Assembly: GCA_963780635.1 (NCBI GenBank)
Contig: CAWACW010000002.1
Location: forward strand, 24,667 to 88,666
Direction of reading: 5' to 3'
DNA from: Candidatus Melainabacteria bacterium
GTDB taxonomy: Bacteria > Actinomycetota > Actinomycetes > Mycobacteriales > Pseudonocardiaceae
DNA length: 64,000 nt
The position numbers were made by a program, and so were the translations under genes. Of the stretch, positions 9,901 to 20,792 are shown piece after piece. Below the pieces are notes generated by a model that had not been told where the DNA came from, did not search any database, and saw only the letters and a program-made list of their open reading frames with translations. How positions within the stretch are numbered: position 1 is the stretch's first letter; each line of letters opens with the position of its first letter.

Positions 9901-12900
9901 GCCAGGGATGACCAGGTCCTCGATCGCTGAGGGCACCAGGCCGTTCTTGTAGTTTTGTGCCTCGTCGACCACGATGAAGTCGAATCCGGCCTCGGTGAAC
10001 GACACGCCCTCGACGTCGCGCTCGATTGCGGCCAAGCGCCGTTCCAGTCGTTCGGTCGCTTTCTCCATGGCGGATTCGATGCGCTTGGTCATCGATTGGC
10101 TCATCGAGTCGGCGTGGGCTTCTTTCTCCGCCCGCAGGTCATCCAACTCGGCCTGCAGGAACCCCTTCTGGATTTCCGCGGGCAACGGGATGGACTGGAA
10201 CGACTCCTTGGTCATGATCACGGCGTCCCAGTCGCCGGTCGCGACGCGGGCGACGAACTCGGCGCGCCGGTGGCGGCCCTTCTGGTTCTCGGCCAGCTCA
10301 TCGCTGGTGCCGGTCAGCAGGCGGGCCCCGGGATAGGCCTGCAGCCATTCACGCTCGAACTGTTGAGCGATGGAATCGTTGGGGACGACGATCACGGGCT
10401 TGTCGGCCAGGCCGCGGCGGTGCCGCTCCATCACGCCGATGATCATTTCGAGGGTCTTGCCGGCGCCGACGTCGTGCACCAGGCCGGTTCCGCCCTGGTA
10501 GATGATCCGGGCGATGGCGATCTTCTGATGGTCGCGCAACGGCTTCGCGCCATCGACGCTGAACGTCGCCGACAAGCCCGGCAGCGATAGCTCGATCCTG
10601 GTGTAGTCGACCGGGATCTCGGCGTTGAACGCGTCGTTGTAGCGGCGCATCACCTCCTGCGCACGGTTGGTGTCTTCCCATACCCAGTCGGCGAACCGGT
10701 CGCTGATCTGGGCGGCCATGTCCGCGGCCTCAGCGGTGGCCTCGGGATCCAGTACAGCCTTCTCTTTGATCTCGCCATGGCTGTCGACGTACTCGACCTT
10801 CTTGAAGACCTCAATCGGAGAGCCGATGAGCAGACGCTCGGTCAGTTCGAAGGCGTCCAGCCCGCCGCCGGCCCAAATCTGCGTGGCGTTCAGGTCGATG
10901 GCTTCGGTCTGCTTCGATGCATCCGCTGACACCAGCCAGATTCCGGCCACGGACTCGACCTGCACGAACGGATCGGGCCGGGCGACGCCGGGTTGAGTGC
11001 GGTACTTTTCACCGCCGAGCAGTTCGTGGAGGAACTGCTCCACGAATTCCGGGCCGATCCATGAGCCCAGGCGCACCTCGATCTCGTCGGGCCCCTTGTC
11101 CTCGGGGATGACCGGCTCCAGCGCGGCGACGTTGGCCTCGTACTTGGGGTCCAGTTCGGCGGCCAGCCGGGCGGTGGCCAGCTTGTGTCGGACGTTGCCG
11201 GCCAGGTAGAACGGCGCCCACACGACCTCACCGGTCTCGGGGTCGTCGAACACGTGCCCGTCCAGTGCGGCCCGGGCCTCCTGCTCGCCGGGAAGGCCCA
11301 GCAGCCAGGCGATCTCACCCAGGTCGATGCGGGAGTGCTTGTCCAGACAGATCGAGAGGGCTTCTTCGGCACTGTCCGTGCCGCGGCGCGTGCGCGGCGG
11401 GTTGATCACACGTTGGGTGAAGATGTCGGCTTTGCGGGCGGTCTGGGTGGTCGGATCGAACTTCTCCAGCGCACGGGCGATGTTGCTGAACGGGTCATGG
11501 CGGAACCCGCCCTGGTCGGGGCGGATGATGACCGTCTGCTCCAGTCCGACCTCGGCGTAGTCGAAAGCCGGGTCGGTTGTGGGCGGGGCGGCGGAGATGG
11601 CGCCGAGGGCGGCAGCGATGCTCGCCATGGGTAGCCGCGGGTCGGGCATCTTGGCCTGCTGGAGCAGCCATACCGGGTCCTTGCCCTGCAGGCGCACCTC
11701 CAGCTCGGCCGTTTCCTGCCGGTCCAGGTCCCTCAGTCGGGCCGTGTCGGCCGTGATCTTCTTGACGGCCTTCGCTGCGGCAGACTTGTACGCGGTGGCG
11801 TGCGCCTTGACGATCCCGTTGAGGTGGCGGTGCAGCTGGTCTTGGCCCAGGCCCTTGGTCGCCAGGTCGGTGAAGTAGGCGCGGAGCATCGCTGGCGACG
11901 CCGGCGTCTTGTCGAAGTCGTGCCCGGCGCACCACTCCCCGAACAGATGCCAGGCCTGCCGCTTCTGCGAGCGCTCGGCGAACCGGTTGATCGGCCCGTA
12001 TTCGTGGACGTAGGCGTCGTAGACGCGATTGAGGTCGGCCCGCAGATGCCGGATCTCGTCGGTGTCATCGACGCAGGCTTGCTCGGCCTTGATCAGCGCC
12101 ATCGTGACGTCGCGCACGCCCAGCAGGGCGCGTAACTCGTCGGCCTGTTTGGTGGCCGGGGTGTATGACGCGTCTTCGTGGCCGTTGCGCCGGGTGAAGG
12201 TGCCGTCCTCGTGTGCGGTGAGGAATCCCTGAAAGCGGGCAGCCTCAGGGTCGACGACGTGGACGGTGGCGGCTGGGCGCGGGGTGGTGGCGGTGCGCTC
12301 GGTCATCACCATGTCGCGGGCCACCGCGTCATCGGCGATGCGGTGGACCGCCGCGGCGAACTCGACACCCAGGTTGTCCAGCTTTCCCCGGACCTCGAGT
12401 GTCTGGGCGCCGTGCATTCCTTGACCCAGGTGGTAATCGCCCAGCACGTTCTCGGGGTGGTCGCAGAAATACTGGTTGATCTCGACCATGCCCTCGGCGC
12501 CGGTGTCGGCAGTGCCCAGCACGATCGGCGCCGCCCGGTCCCAACTCTCGGGTGCCACCACCGTGTCGTCTGGTGCGGCGCCCTCAGGGCGGCGGCGCAG
12601 GATGAGCAGGTCGGTGACCGCCTCGGTACCGGCTGCTCGCCGGTGTGCCCCGGTCGGCAGCCGGATCGCGCCGACCAGGTCAGCCAGCTCGGCCATCTCC
12701 CGCCGGGCGGCCGGGTTGCGCGCGTCCATCGTGTAGCGCGAGGTCAGGACGGCGACCATGCCGCCGGGACGGGTCAGCCGGAGGGATTTGATGATGAAGT
12801 GGTTGTGCAGGGAGTGCCGGCCGGGGTTGTGCTTGGCGTCGTTGAGCACGACCTTGGCGAAGGGCACGTTGCCCACGGCGACATCGAAGCTGCCCTCGGC

Positions 12901-13745
12901 GGCTTCGATGTCGGTGAAGGACCCAGTGAGGACTCTGTGTTGCGGGTAGAGCGCCGCGGCGATCGCCGCGCTGATCGGCTCCCGTTCGACTCCGGTCAGG
13001 GACGCTTCGTCAGGGGCCAGGCCGAGGAAGTGGCCCGCGCCGCAACCGGGCTCCAGGACCTCACCGGCGCGAAAACCGAGCCGATGCAGACCGTCCCACA
13101 TGGACGCGGCCAGCATGGCGTCGGTGTAGTGGGTGTTGGTGGTCGAGCGGCGTGCCGCGGCGTACTGCTCGGCGGTCAGCAGGCGCCGCAACTGCGCCCG
13201 GTGCTCGGCGAAGCGATCCGCGAACTGCGCAGGCGGGGCGTCGTGCCCCGACCAGGCGACCAGCGCCTGAGCCTGGTCCGGGGACATCCGTGCCAGGACC
13301 GGCTTGATCTGCGCCCACAGCTGGTCGGCCTCGGCAGCGTCGAAGGCCAGTGTGTCGGGCGTGTCGAGGGCGTGGCGGGCTACGACGTCGCGCTCGGCCG
13401 AGTCGAGCAGGTCCTGTAGGCGCGCCCACTGGTCGACCACGTCGTGGTGGTCGAACAGTTGCGGGACCGCGCCCCATCCCGACCAGGCGGCCAGGACACG
13501 CTGTTCGTCGGCGGTGGGTGCCCGGCCAGGCCCAGAACCCAGCCGCGCTAACGCCGGTTCGGGTGAGCCGTCGGGTTGGGTGAGGTCGTCGGGGTGGCCG
13601 GCGGTGGCGTCGTCGGGAGTAGCGGGGTCGGTGTGCAGCTCGGCCAGGACGCGCAGTGCCGCGAGGTTGGCCTCGATGCGGGCACGTTGGCTGGCTGGCC
13701 CGAAGTCCTCCTGGCCTTGCGGTCGGAAGGGGGCTAGCTCGGCGA
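6981..13745 (-). CDS. Giant N6-adenine DNA methyltransferase / SNF2-family helicase fusion protein (tracked as ORF 7276..14082, 2268 aa); both termini are frame-disrupted as assembled
   Basis: Motifs VLEPGCGAGHFLG (SAM motif I), GNVPFA (NPPF-type motif IV), HDVGAGKTLEMI (Walker A), VVDEAQNYKN (DEAQ box) and GAGLNIQD..AIGRVKRQGN (helicase C motifs). The last roughly 190 codons continue in the frames of ORFs 7052..7564 and 6981..7202. Upstream of 13734 the tracked frame has poor GC3 and is overlapped by the TnpV-like ORF. Confidence 0.85.
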
Positions 13746-14078
13746 GCCCTCGGGCAGGTCGTACACCATCTCCCGCATCACCGCGGCCTCGATCGTTGTC
13801 TGGCTCAGGGTCAAAGCGTTGAGGTTGGCCAGGAAGTTCGTCGTCTGACCCGCGCCCGTCTCCCGCTCGTCCTGATTGCGCCGACGTTCGATCTCCGCCG
13901 CGATCTGGGCTCCCAGCTGGGTGAAGAACGTCTCCCGATCGCTGATCTGGCCGTAGTCGCTCGGCCGCTGGGTTTCCCAGTGCTTCTGGGCCAGTGCCCC
14001 GTAGTTGTTCATCGCGCTCACCCTGATGGCCTCCCTCGTCGTGGGGGTCATTGTTGCCGAACAGATCCTCTTGGTCAC
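13734..14078 (-). CDS. TnpV-like small protein, possibly the true N-terminal domain of the giant methylase/helicase
   Basis: ..MNNYGALAQKHWETQRPSDYGQISDRETFFTQLGAQIAAEIE.. resembles transposon TnpV proteins (recognition from memory). GC3 is high in this frame and low in the overlapping giant frame. SD GGGAGGA lies upstream of the GTG at 14078. One extra G in the GGG run at 13747-13749 would fuse ..MVYDLPEG to LAELAPFRPQG.. of the giant. Confidence 0.55.
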   Translation of the reverse strand: MTKRICSATMTPTTREAIRVSAMNNYGALAQKHWETQRPSDYGQISDRETFFTQLGAQIAAEIERRRNQDERETGAGQTTNFLANLNALTLSQTTIEAAVMREMVYDLPEGSPS

Positions 14079-14161
14079 TCACCTTGTCCTCCCGACGGGA
14101 TGAGCGTGTGTGGCGGTGCGAGCCCGGCTGCCGGGTCGGGACGAGCGAGTGGTCGCGGTAC

Positions 14162-14974
14162 TCACGGCTGGGCTCCCGTCCACACGGGCACCGCCGCGGC
14201 GGGCGTCGAGCCAGGCTGGGCGGCTTGGCCCAGCGGCTGGATCGCGTCGCTGTGGTGTTTGGGCGTGCAGTTGCAGAAGGGCCCGTAGGGGCTGGTCAGC
14301 GTGGCCAGGTGCGGGTCGAGGTGGTCGCGCAGGTAGACACTGAGCCAGGTCGCGGACTCCTCGCCGCTCAGCTCTGTGTAGGCCAGGTAGAGAGCCTGGA
14401 ATCGGTCGACGGCGTCGCGGTGTTCCCACCAGTGCTGACACCACCGCACTCCGCCGCCTTCCCCGGTCGTGGTGGTCTTGCGAACCAGCGAGGCGATGTG
14501 CTGTTCCACCCAGGCGTGCAGCACGCTCAGTGGCGGCGGCCCCGCGGGCGGGCCCGCCCCGTTGCCGGCACCGGCGGGGATGGCCACCGCGTGGATGCCT
14601 GCCAGCACCAGCTCGTCGCCGGGCGGCGGCTGCCCACCGGCGTACGGCCACGGCGCGGCGTCCGGTCCTGCACCCTCACCCGCGTCGGCGCCGATCTCGA
14701 GGATGCTCACGGTGCCGGCGTCGACGTCGCCCAGGTCGAGGGCATCCTGGCCATCCAGGTGGGACTGGCGTTGGGCCATCGCCGCGGCGAGCGCATCCGG
14801 ATCCGGGGCGAGCGTGGTGATCTCGTCGAGGGAGTCCTCCAGGACGTCCAACCCGGCGGTGTTGCGGTCGGTCGCATCCGAGAGGCGGCCCAGCCGCAAC
14901 GCCATCTCGAACAGCTCGGTTTCCACTGCCTCGATGCGTCGGTCCAGCGCGTCGCGCGGCTCGGGGGTGCTCAT
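14162..14974 (-). CDS. DUF4913 domain protein (T4SS-associated)
   Basis: C-terminal hallmark ..RWCQHWWEHRDAVDRFQALYLAYTELS..SVYLRDHLDPHLATLTSPYGPFCNC. The start overlaps the coupling-protein stop (ATGA at 14971-14974). This is the usual position next to VirD4-like genes in actinobacterial elements. Confidence 0.75.
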   Translation of the reverse strand: MSTPEPRDALDRRIEAVETELFEMALRLGRLSDATDRNTAGLDVLEDSLDEITTLAPDPDALAAAMAQRQSHLDGQDALDLGDVDAGTVSILEIGADAGEGAGPDAAPWPYAGGQPPPGDELVLAGIHAVAIPAGAGNGAGPPAGPPPLSVLHAWVEQHIASLVRKTTTTGEGGGVRWCQHWWEHRDAVDRFQALYLAYTELSGEESATWLSVYLRDHLDPHLATLTSPYGPFCNCTPKHHSDAIQPLGQAAQPGSTPAAAVPVWTGAQP

Positions 14975-16862
14975 CGGCCGCCTCCGGCCGGTTGGTCGGC
15001 GGGCCGCTGCGCGCGTTGGGCCAGCAGCGCGGCCGCGACCGGGTTGTCCGGGCCGAGGAAGCTGATGGCGGCCTGCTGCACCTCGTCGGTGGCTTGCTTG
15101 GCGTAGGTGGTGATCTGCTGTTGCTCGTCGTCGGCTTCGAGGTACCAGGGGTGCAGGTTCAACAGGGCCGGGCGGCGGCCGGAGGTGAACAACAGGGCGT
15201 TGGACTTGGGCATCGCGGCGATGTCGGCGGCCGTGAGGATCCGCTCCGTGCGTAGCGACCGCGACACCGACGGTCCACCGCTGGAGTGGGAGGTACTGGT
15301 CTCCTCGACCTTGTGCTCACCGATCAGCCGGGAAAGGTCTTCGGTGAAGTCGGCGTCCTGGACCCCGGCGCCGATCGTTTTGACGGTGGCGGCCGACCAC
15401 AGCGAATCGAAGCCCTCTCTGCCCCACACCGAGCGGCCCTGCTCACGCGACTGCAAGACGACGGTCACCATCAGACCGAGGCTGCCGAACCAGGAGAACC
15501 AGCCGGGCAGCTCGGGCAGACGGACGATGTTGGCCGCCTCATCCACGACAGGGTGAGCACCGGATCCAGCCGGCCACCCCGGGCGGAGGCGGCGCGCTGT
15601 GCGACCTCGATGATCTCGCCAACCAGTGCGGCCACCACCGGCCGGCCGCTGCCCTCCCCCTCGCGGGAGAGCAGGTACACGGTGGGGTGCGCATCGCCGA
15701 CGCCGGTGATCAGCTGCCACAGGCCCAGAGTCGGCACCGACGCCGGGTCGGCGGGTGGGTCCTCCCAGGTCGCCGGTGGGGTGACCCAGCGCAGCAGCGA
15801 TTCGGAGTCCAGGCACGCCAGCGCGGTGGAGACGCCCTCGAAGATGCCGCCCTTGGTCTCCGGGGGCAGTTCCAAGGTCGAGCGCAAGCTCGCGGCCTGC
15901 GCTCCGAACCCACTCCGTTCCAGGTAGATGGCCGGTTCGTCGGAGCGGGTGGCCACCCACAGCACCACGTCGCGCAGCGTCTTGCCCTCCGTCACAGCCG
16001 CGGCCAGCAGCAACTGCCGCAAACATTTCGCCGCGGCCGGGGTGAAGAACGGGTCCGCGCGGTCGGTGGTGCCGTTGCCGCCGCCCACCTCCCGCATGAA
16101 GTAGGAGGCCATCCGCGCGGCCGATTCGACGGTGTTCACCGTGGCCAACAGATCGACCCAGAACCCCTGGGGTTGGTAGGTGATCCGTTGTGGGTCGAAC
16201 AGCCACACCTGTCCGACCCGTGCGCGCAGGCCTGCGGTCAACACCCACACGTCGGGTTTGTTGCTGGTGGCCACGACCGGGCCGGGCGCGGCCAGGATGT
16301 CGGGCACGACCTTCGCTGACGTCTTGTTCGACCGGGGGCCGCAGATCACCAGCTCGACGTCCTCGAAGGACTTGAACACCGTCGCGCCGCTCACGTCGCC
16401 CAGCACCACGCCGATATCGCGAGCACTCAGGTCCCGCAGCCGCCTGCCCGCCAGCGAGGGGCGCAACCCAGGCGCACGTTGGGCCATGGCCCGGTGCTGC
16501 AGGTCGGCGAACGCCGCCCGGGACGTCATCGCCGCCCGCCCATCGTGAGGACGGCGCCGCCGCATGAACACGATCGTCAGAGTGATCGCGCCGCCGACCA
16601 CGACGACGATTTCGGCCAGCAGCACTACGTAGAACCAGACCGCCGACCCACTCGGCCCGATCAGGCCGCGCAACCCGCCGTCCTTGACCGCCCCGGCCGT
16701 GGCACCGAAGCCTGGTGCGGTGAACCCGCCGCCCGCCGCCGCGTGCGCGGCCGCCCACACCCCGGCGACACCCAGGAACACCAGCCCGAAGAACCCGGTG
16801 ATCAGCCACGGCAGGACCGGCATCGCGCCGCTGGCGTGTTGGCGATTGTTCGGGTAGCTCAT
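14971..16862 (-). pseudogene. Type IV coupling protein (VirD4/TraG/TraD family), frameshifted at about 15550 as assembled
   Basis: The N-part (ORF 15471..16862) has two TM helices and a P-loop (ICGPRSNKTSAK). The reading ..GGRLDPVLTL jumps one base into ORF 14971..16959 at VVDEAANIVRLPELP.. (Walker B), followed by ..MVTVVLQSREQG... The start overlaps the VirB4-like stop (ATGA). Confidence 0.9.
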
Positions 16863-18437
16863 GGCGAACCTGCCGGCACCGGGCGGCCGTTGTTGTGGAC
16901 GCGGTCGGCGGGCACGCCGGTGGTGCCAGCGGCCACGCCGGTCGGGTTGTCACCGGCATCGGTGCGGGCGCGCTGGAACGCGGCGTCGGTGTTGTACAGC
17001 TCCAACTCGGCGGCGTTGAGCTGCATGCGCACCGGCAACCCGGCCCGCTCCCCCGCCTTGATCAGGTACATGCCGCGGCCGGGATGGCGATGCCCGGGCA
17101 CCCAGGTGCCCGCGCTTTGCCAGGACGCGAGCATGGAGGCCTCGCGACTGGACAGGCTCACCGCCAGCGAGTCCAGCTCGGTCGCGGGCAGGCCGCCATA
17201 GACGTGGATGGCGCACCGGCTGGCGATGCCTTTGGCTTTGGCGCGGTCCTCGGCGGTGGGCAGCGCCTGCAAGTCGTCCATCGAATGCGTCAGGTAGACA
17301 CTCGCCACGCCCTTGTGCCTGTTCAGGCGAGTCATCCGGTCGGATCGTTCGACCAGGCCGGGCCCGGTACGCAGGGCCCGCCACGCCTCGTCCTGGACCC
17401 ACAGGATGTTGCGTCCGGCGCCGGCCTGGCGGGCCTCGATCATGCCCGAGCCCCAGGCCCACGAGCACAGCATCGCGGCGGCGACGACCTGGTCGGTCTC
17501 TTCGTCCAGCACGCTGAGGTCCAAGCTGGTCGCCGACGATCCGGGATCAAGCCGGGCGGTGGAGCGGCGGTCGAACAGGCCGCGCAACGGGCCGTCGCAC
17601 AACAAGTCCAGAGCGGCGAGGACCTCCCGCATCAGGTCGAAGTAGCGTTCCGGGCGGCCTTCCACCCGGGCGGCGTCCAGTAGCGCCTGCGGCGCCTGGT
17701 CGAGCACCGCGCGCACTTCGGGGATGGTGGGCTGGCCGTCGTCAGTGGCGTCGGTGGCGACGTCCAGCGCGCGGGAGACGAGGTTGCGTTCGGTCGCGGT
17801 GGGAGCCCGGTCCAGTTCCAGTAGCAGCAGGGATTCCAGCAGTGCGGTCTGGCGGGCCCGGATCGACTCGCGCAGCGCGTCGCGGGCCCGCCCGGCAGCG
17901 ACGGTGGCCAGCAAGTGGCCCAGTGGTCCGGGGTCCAAGGGGTTGATCGCGTCGAAGCCGCGCCCGATCTTGATCACGTTGCCGCCGAGCCGACGCGACC
18001 AGGGGCGAGTACTCGCCTTTGATGTCGGCTGGCACGAACAGCGTCCAGCCCATCGCGACCAGGCCGACGCCCAACCGTTTTGCGAACGCGCTTTTCCCGA
18101 CTCCTGGTTGGGCCTGGATCCACAGGCCCGTGTTCGTGGTCAACCCGCTGGTCAACCAGTCCCCAGGGTGCAGTCCCACGGGCTCGTGGGTGTGCAGGTC
18201 GTGTCCAATCGGGACACCGCGTACCCGTGAGCCGCTGCCGCCCACGAATGGGTACAGCCCGGCCAGTTGGCTGGTAGTGCCCTGCCAGAGCGTGGCCGAC
18301 CCGACGTGATGGTCGCGGCCGCCGCCGCGCACCGGCCAGCCGCGCGCCGGTGGCACGGGCCACGAGCGCAGCTCGGCCAGCGGGTCCTCGCGGGTGGGTT
18401 GGCCTTGCGCAGCGGCGTCGGACACCATCAGCGGCAC
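16859..18437 (-). pseudogene. VirB4-like conjugation ATPase, frameshifted at about 17985 as assembled
   Basis: ORF 17742..18437 carries ..GLYPFVGGSG..GVPIGHD.. and Walker A (QAQPGVGKSAFAK). ORF 16859..17977 carries ILWVQDEAWRAL (Walker B) and VYLTHSMDDL. The junction reads ..IKGEYSPLV / GGNVIKIGRG.. Confidence 0.85.
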
Positions 18438-18522
18438 CGAGGGCGTCGCGCTGGCCGGGGGCGCGTGCCGTGCAGCGCGCCGGCCTGCCGGCGCCGGGCG
18501 GTCCGGTCGAGCGGCGGCCGGG

Positions 18523-19302
18523 TCAACCGCGGCCGGGTCTGGGCGCCCGGTGCGGCGGGGTCGAAAAGAGGGTCATGCCGATCGCCCCAGGGCATTCACC
18601 GGGCCGCGCGTGGGGCGAGGGCGAGGCGGCGGCAGAGACCGGGCGTGCCGGGTCGCCACCGTGGCGCGAGGGCGGCCATGCGGCGCAGACGAACCACTGC
18701 ATCCCCCGCGGGGGCCAGTGCCGCCGCGTTGCTACCGATCGCAGCGCCCGCAGGAGGTCACGATCGATCGGCACGTCGACGTTGGCGGCCCACCAATGGC
18801 CCATGCCCTGCAGGTCGGCCGCCGTGGGAACCTGCTCACCGGCCGGGCCTCTCGCGGCCACAGCCGATTGGTCAGTGCCTCGACGGCGTAGATGGCCCAG
18901 GAACCCCGGGAACCGCTGCAGTGGCCTGCCGGCAGCCACCGTGATCAGCCGCCCGAGCGGGACATGGTGGCCAGCCGCATCAGTGATGATCAGATGCGCA
19001 TCGCGAGCCGCCACGAGCGGCATCAGGTCCAATGCGCCGTAGCCCGACCCCGAGGTATGCGGCGGGGCCAGTGACCGGTTGCCATGGGTACCCGCGAAGT
19101 TGTAGATATCCACCGATCCTCCTTCCGCGGCCGCGTCAGTCACCACGCGACCTTTCGAGCGGGGCCTGTTCCGGGTCAGTGCCGGGCGAGTGGGCCACCG
19201 CGCCGTCATCCAGTCGCGCCACCAGGTGCTGCCGTGGCGTGCCTGGCGCGCGGTGAGCCTGCGGCGTCTCGGGCGCGGCAACCTGGACTGTTGGTTACTC
19301 AT
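18523..19302 (-). CDS. hypothetical protein between the SCO6880-like and VirB4-like genes
   Basis: The ATG at 19302 overlaps the SCO6880-like stop (ATGA). GC3 is high through the frame. An internal GGAAGGAGGA plus GTG lies before VDIYNFAGTHGNRS..GYGALDLMPLVAARDAHLIITDAAGHHVPLGRLI... The tracked ORF upstream of 19302 is shadow. No family recognised. Confidence 0.4.
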   Translation of the reverse strand: MSNQQSRLPRPRRRRLTARQARHGSTWWRDWMTARWPTRPALTRNRPRSKGRVVTDAAAEGGSVDIYNFAGTHGNRSLAPPHTSGSGYGALDLMPLVAARDAHLIITDAAGHHVPLGRLITVAAGRPLQRFPGFLGHLRRRGTDQSAVAARGPAGEQVPTAADLQGMGHWWAANVDVPIDRDLLRALRSVATRRHWPPRGMQWFVCAAWPPSRHGGDPARPVSAAASPSPHARPGECPGAIGMTLFSTPPHRAPRPGRG

Positions 19303-20792
19303 CGCGCCCACCGGCCCCTCTTGGCCAGCTCGGGCGGGTAGATCCCGGCGCCGAGACTGGCGGCGAACCCGACGTGCTGCCATCCCCAGCACCGGCGCAG
19401 CCGCAATTTCGCATTGCGGGCCCGGGCTTCCACGTCGGCGACGGCGTCGGGCAGGATCCTCGGGTCGTCGACGGTGGTGGTCACGTACATCGCCCATAAC
19501 CCGACCCCGGCCCCGGCCGCTTCTTCGTCGGCTGCCTGGATGGCGCGGGCCTCGTCGGCGCGGTCGCGGGCAGTCTCGTCGATGCCCCGGCGGCGGCGCA
19601 GCTGGCGACGAAACGACGACCCGGACGCTTCCCGGGTGACCACGTCCCCGGCCCGATCGGCCGCATACGGTTGGTAGGTGATGGCGACGCGGCGGTGGTA
19701 TCGGCCCGGCGCGATCAGCGGCACCAGCACGTTGGAGGTGACGGCCTGGGCGGGCAGGCCGGCCATCGCCCACGAGACAGACCAGCCCGAGTCGTGCCAG
19801 AAGTGGTCGACCTGGGCCGTGGCCTGGACCGGTCCCGCATCGGCCCACGCCAGCAGATGTCCGGCCTCCGACAGGCGGGCCAGCTCGCCCCGCGCGCCCG
19901 GGTCGTACGCCGCCCGCAGCCAGTGCGTCCACTGCGCGGCGGTGGCCCGGCCCAGGGTGGCCACCCCGGACAGCGGCAGGTCGCCCTCCAGCCCGGCCAG
20001 GGCCCGGGATACTTCGGCGACCTGTTCGGCTTCGTCCTGCGGGGCGGGCCGGGCCCGCATGGGCTGGAAGGTCATGTTGACCCGGACACTGATGTCGGCC
20101 GTGGCGCCGCGGTGGGCTTCGGCCACCTGCGTCATCACCTCACGGGCGATCGCCGGCGCGTTCGGGTCCAGCCGGTCGGCGACGTAGTCGGCCAGCTCGG
20201 TGCCCGAGGACGGCGCGGATTCCACCACGATCGCGACCCAGTCGATCGTCGGCTCGAAACCCAGAGCGGCCTGCCAGGCGGCCCAGCTGCCGATCCACAG
20301 GTCGGTCTGGGACTGGTCGGCCAGTACGGTGCCCACCGGGGCGACCCGCACGCTCGCGGTCAATCGGCCGGTGCGCCGGTCCCACAACAACCCGTAGGGC
20401 TGGCCCAGACCGTCTTGGGTGGCCAACGGCACGATCGGGGCGAGCACGCCGGGCAACTCGTTGTGCCGCGGGTGCCGGGTGAACACGGAGGACTGCCAGT
20501 CGTTCCATCCTTTGCGGCGGGCGGTGCGGGTGCGCGTCCAGATCACCAGCGCGCCACCCAGTGACGTGCCGTGGGTGCGGTGCGGAATGAGCGTCAGCGC
20601 GGCGACGATCACGGCCGCGACGATCGCGACGGGCAGGATCACCAGCGGCAGGCCGAAGCTGGCCAGCACCACCCACACGGCCAGGGGCACGAACACGCAG
20701 CCGCCCATGACCGCGGTCTGTGCTTCGCTCAGGGCCCCGATACCGAAGCCCCGCCTCGGCCGCCAACCGCCGTACATGCGGGTCTCGCTCAT
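19299..20792 (-). CDS. SCO6880-family protein (T4SS component of actinobacterial conjugative elements)
   Basis: 497 aa. N-terminus MSETRMYGGWRPRRGFGIGAL is followed by two TM helices. The gene sits immediately upstream of the ATPase gene and downstream of the VirB6-like gene. Family recognised from memory of this N-terminal signature. Confidence 0.7.
   Translation of the reverse strand: MSETRMYGGWRPRRGFGIGALSEAQTAVMGGCVFVPLAVWVVLASFGLPLVILPVAIVAAVIVAALTLIPHRTHGTSLGGALVIWTRTRTARRKGWNDWQSSVFTRHPRHNELPGVLAPIVPLATQDGLGQPYGLLWDRRTGRLTASVRVAPVGTVLADQSQTDLWIGSWAAWQAALGFEPTIDWVAIVVESAPSSGTELADYVADRLDPNAPAIAREVMTQVAEAHRGATADISVRVNMTFQPMRARPAPQDEAEQVAEVSRALAGLEGDLPLSGVATLGRATAAQWTHWLRAAYDPGARGELARLSEAGHLLAWADAGPVQATAQVDHFWHDSGWSVSWAMAGLPAQAVTSNVLVPLIAPGRYHRRVAITYQPYAADRAGDVVTREASGSSFRRQLRRRRGIDETARDRADEARAIQAADEEAAGAGVGLWAMYVTTTVDDPRILPDAVADVEARARNAKLRLRRCWGWQHVGFAASLGAGIYPPELAKRGRWAR

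Noticed and set aside
13734-14082. GTG at 14082 as the start of the giant methylase/helicase (tracked ORF 7276..14082)
   Set aside because: Codons in that frame between 14082 and 13740 are rich in A/T-ending triplets, while the overlapping TnpV-like frame has high GC3. The same SD also serves the GTG at 14078.
14971-16959. 662-aa tracked ORF as a single intact coupling protein
   Set aside because: Its first roughly 470 codons are Arg/Gly/Pro shadow. The genuine N-terminal two-thirds, with TM helices and P-loop, lie in ORF 15471..16862, so the real gene is a two-frame composite.
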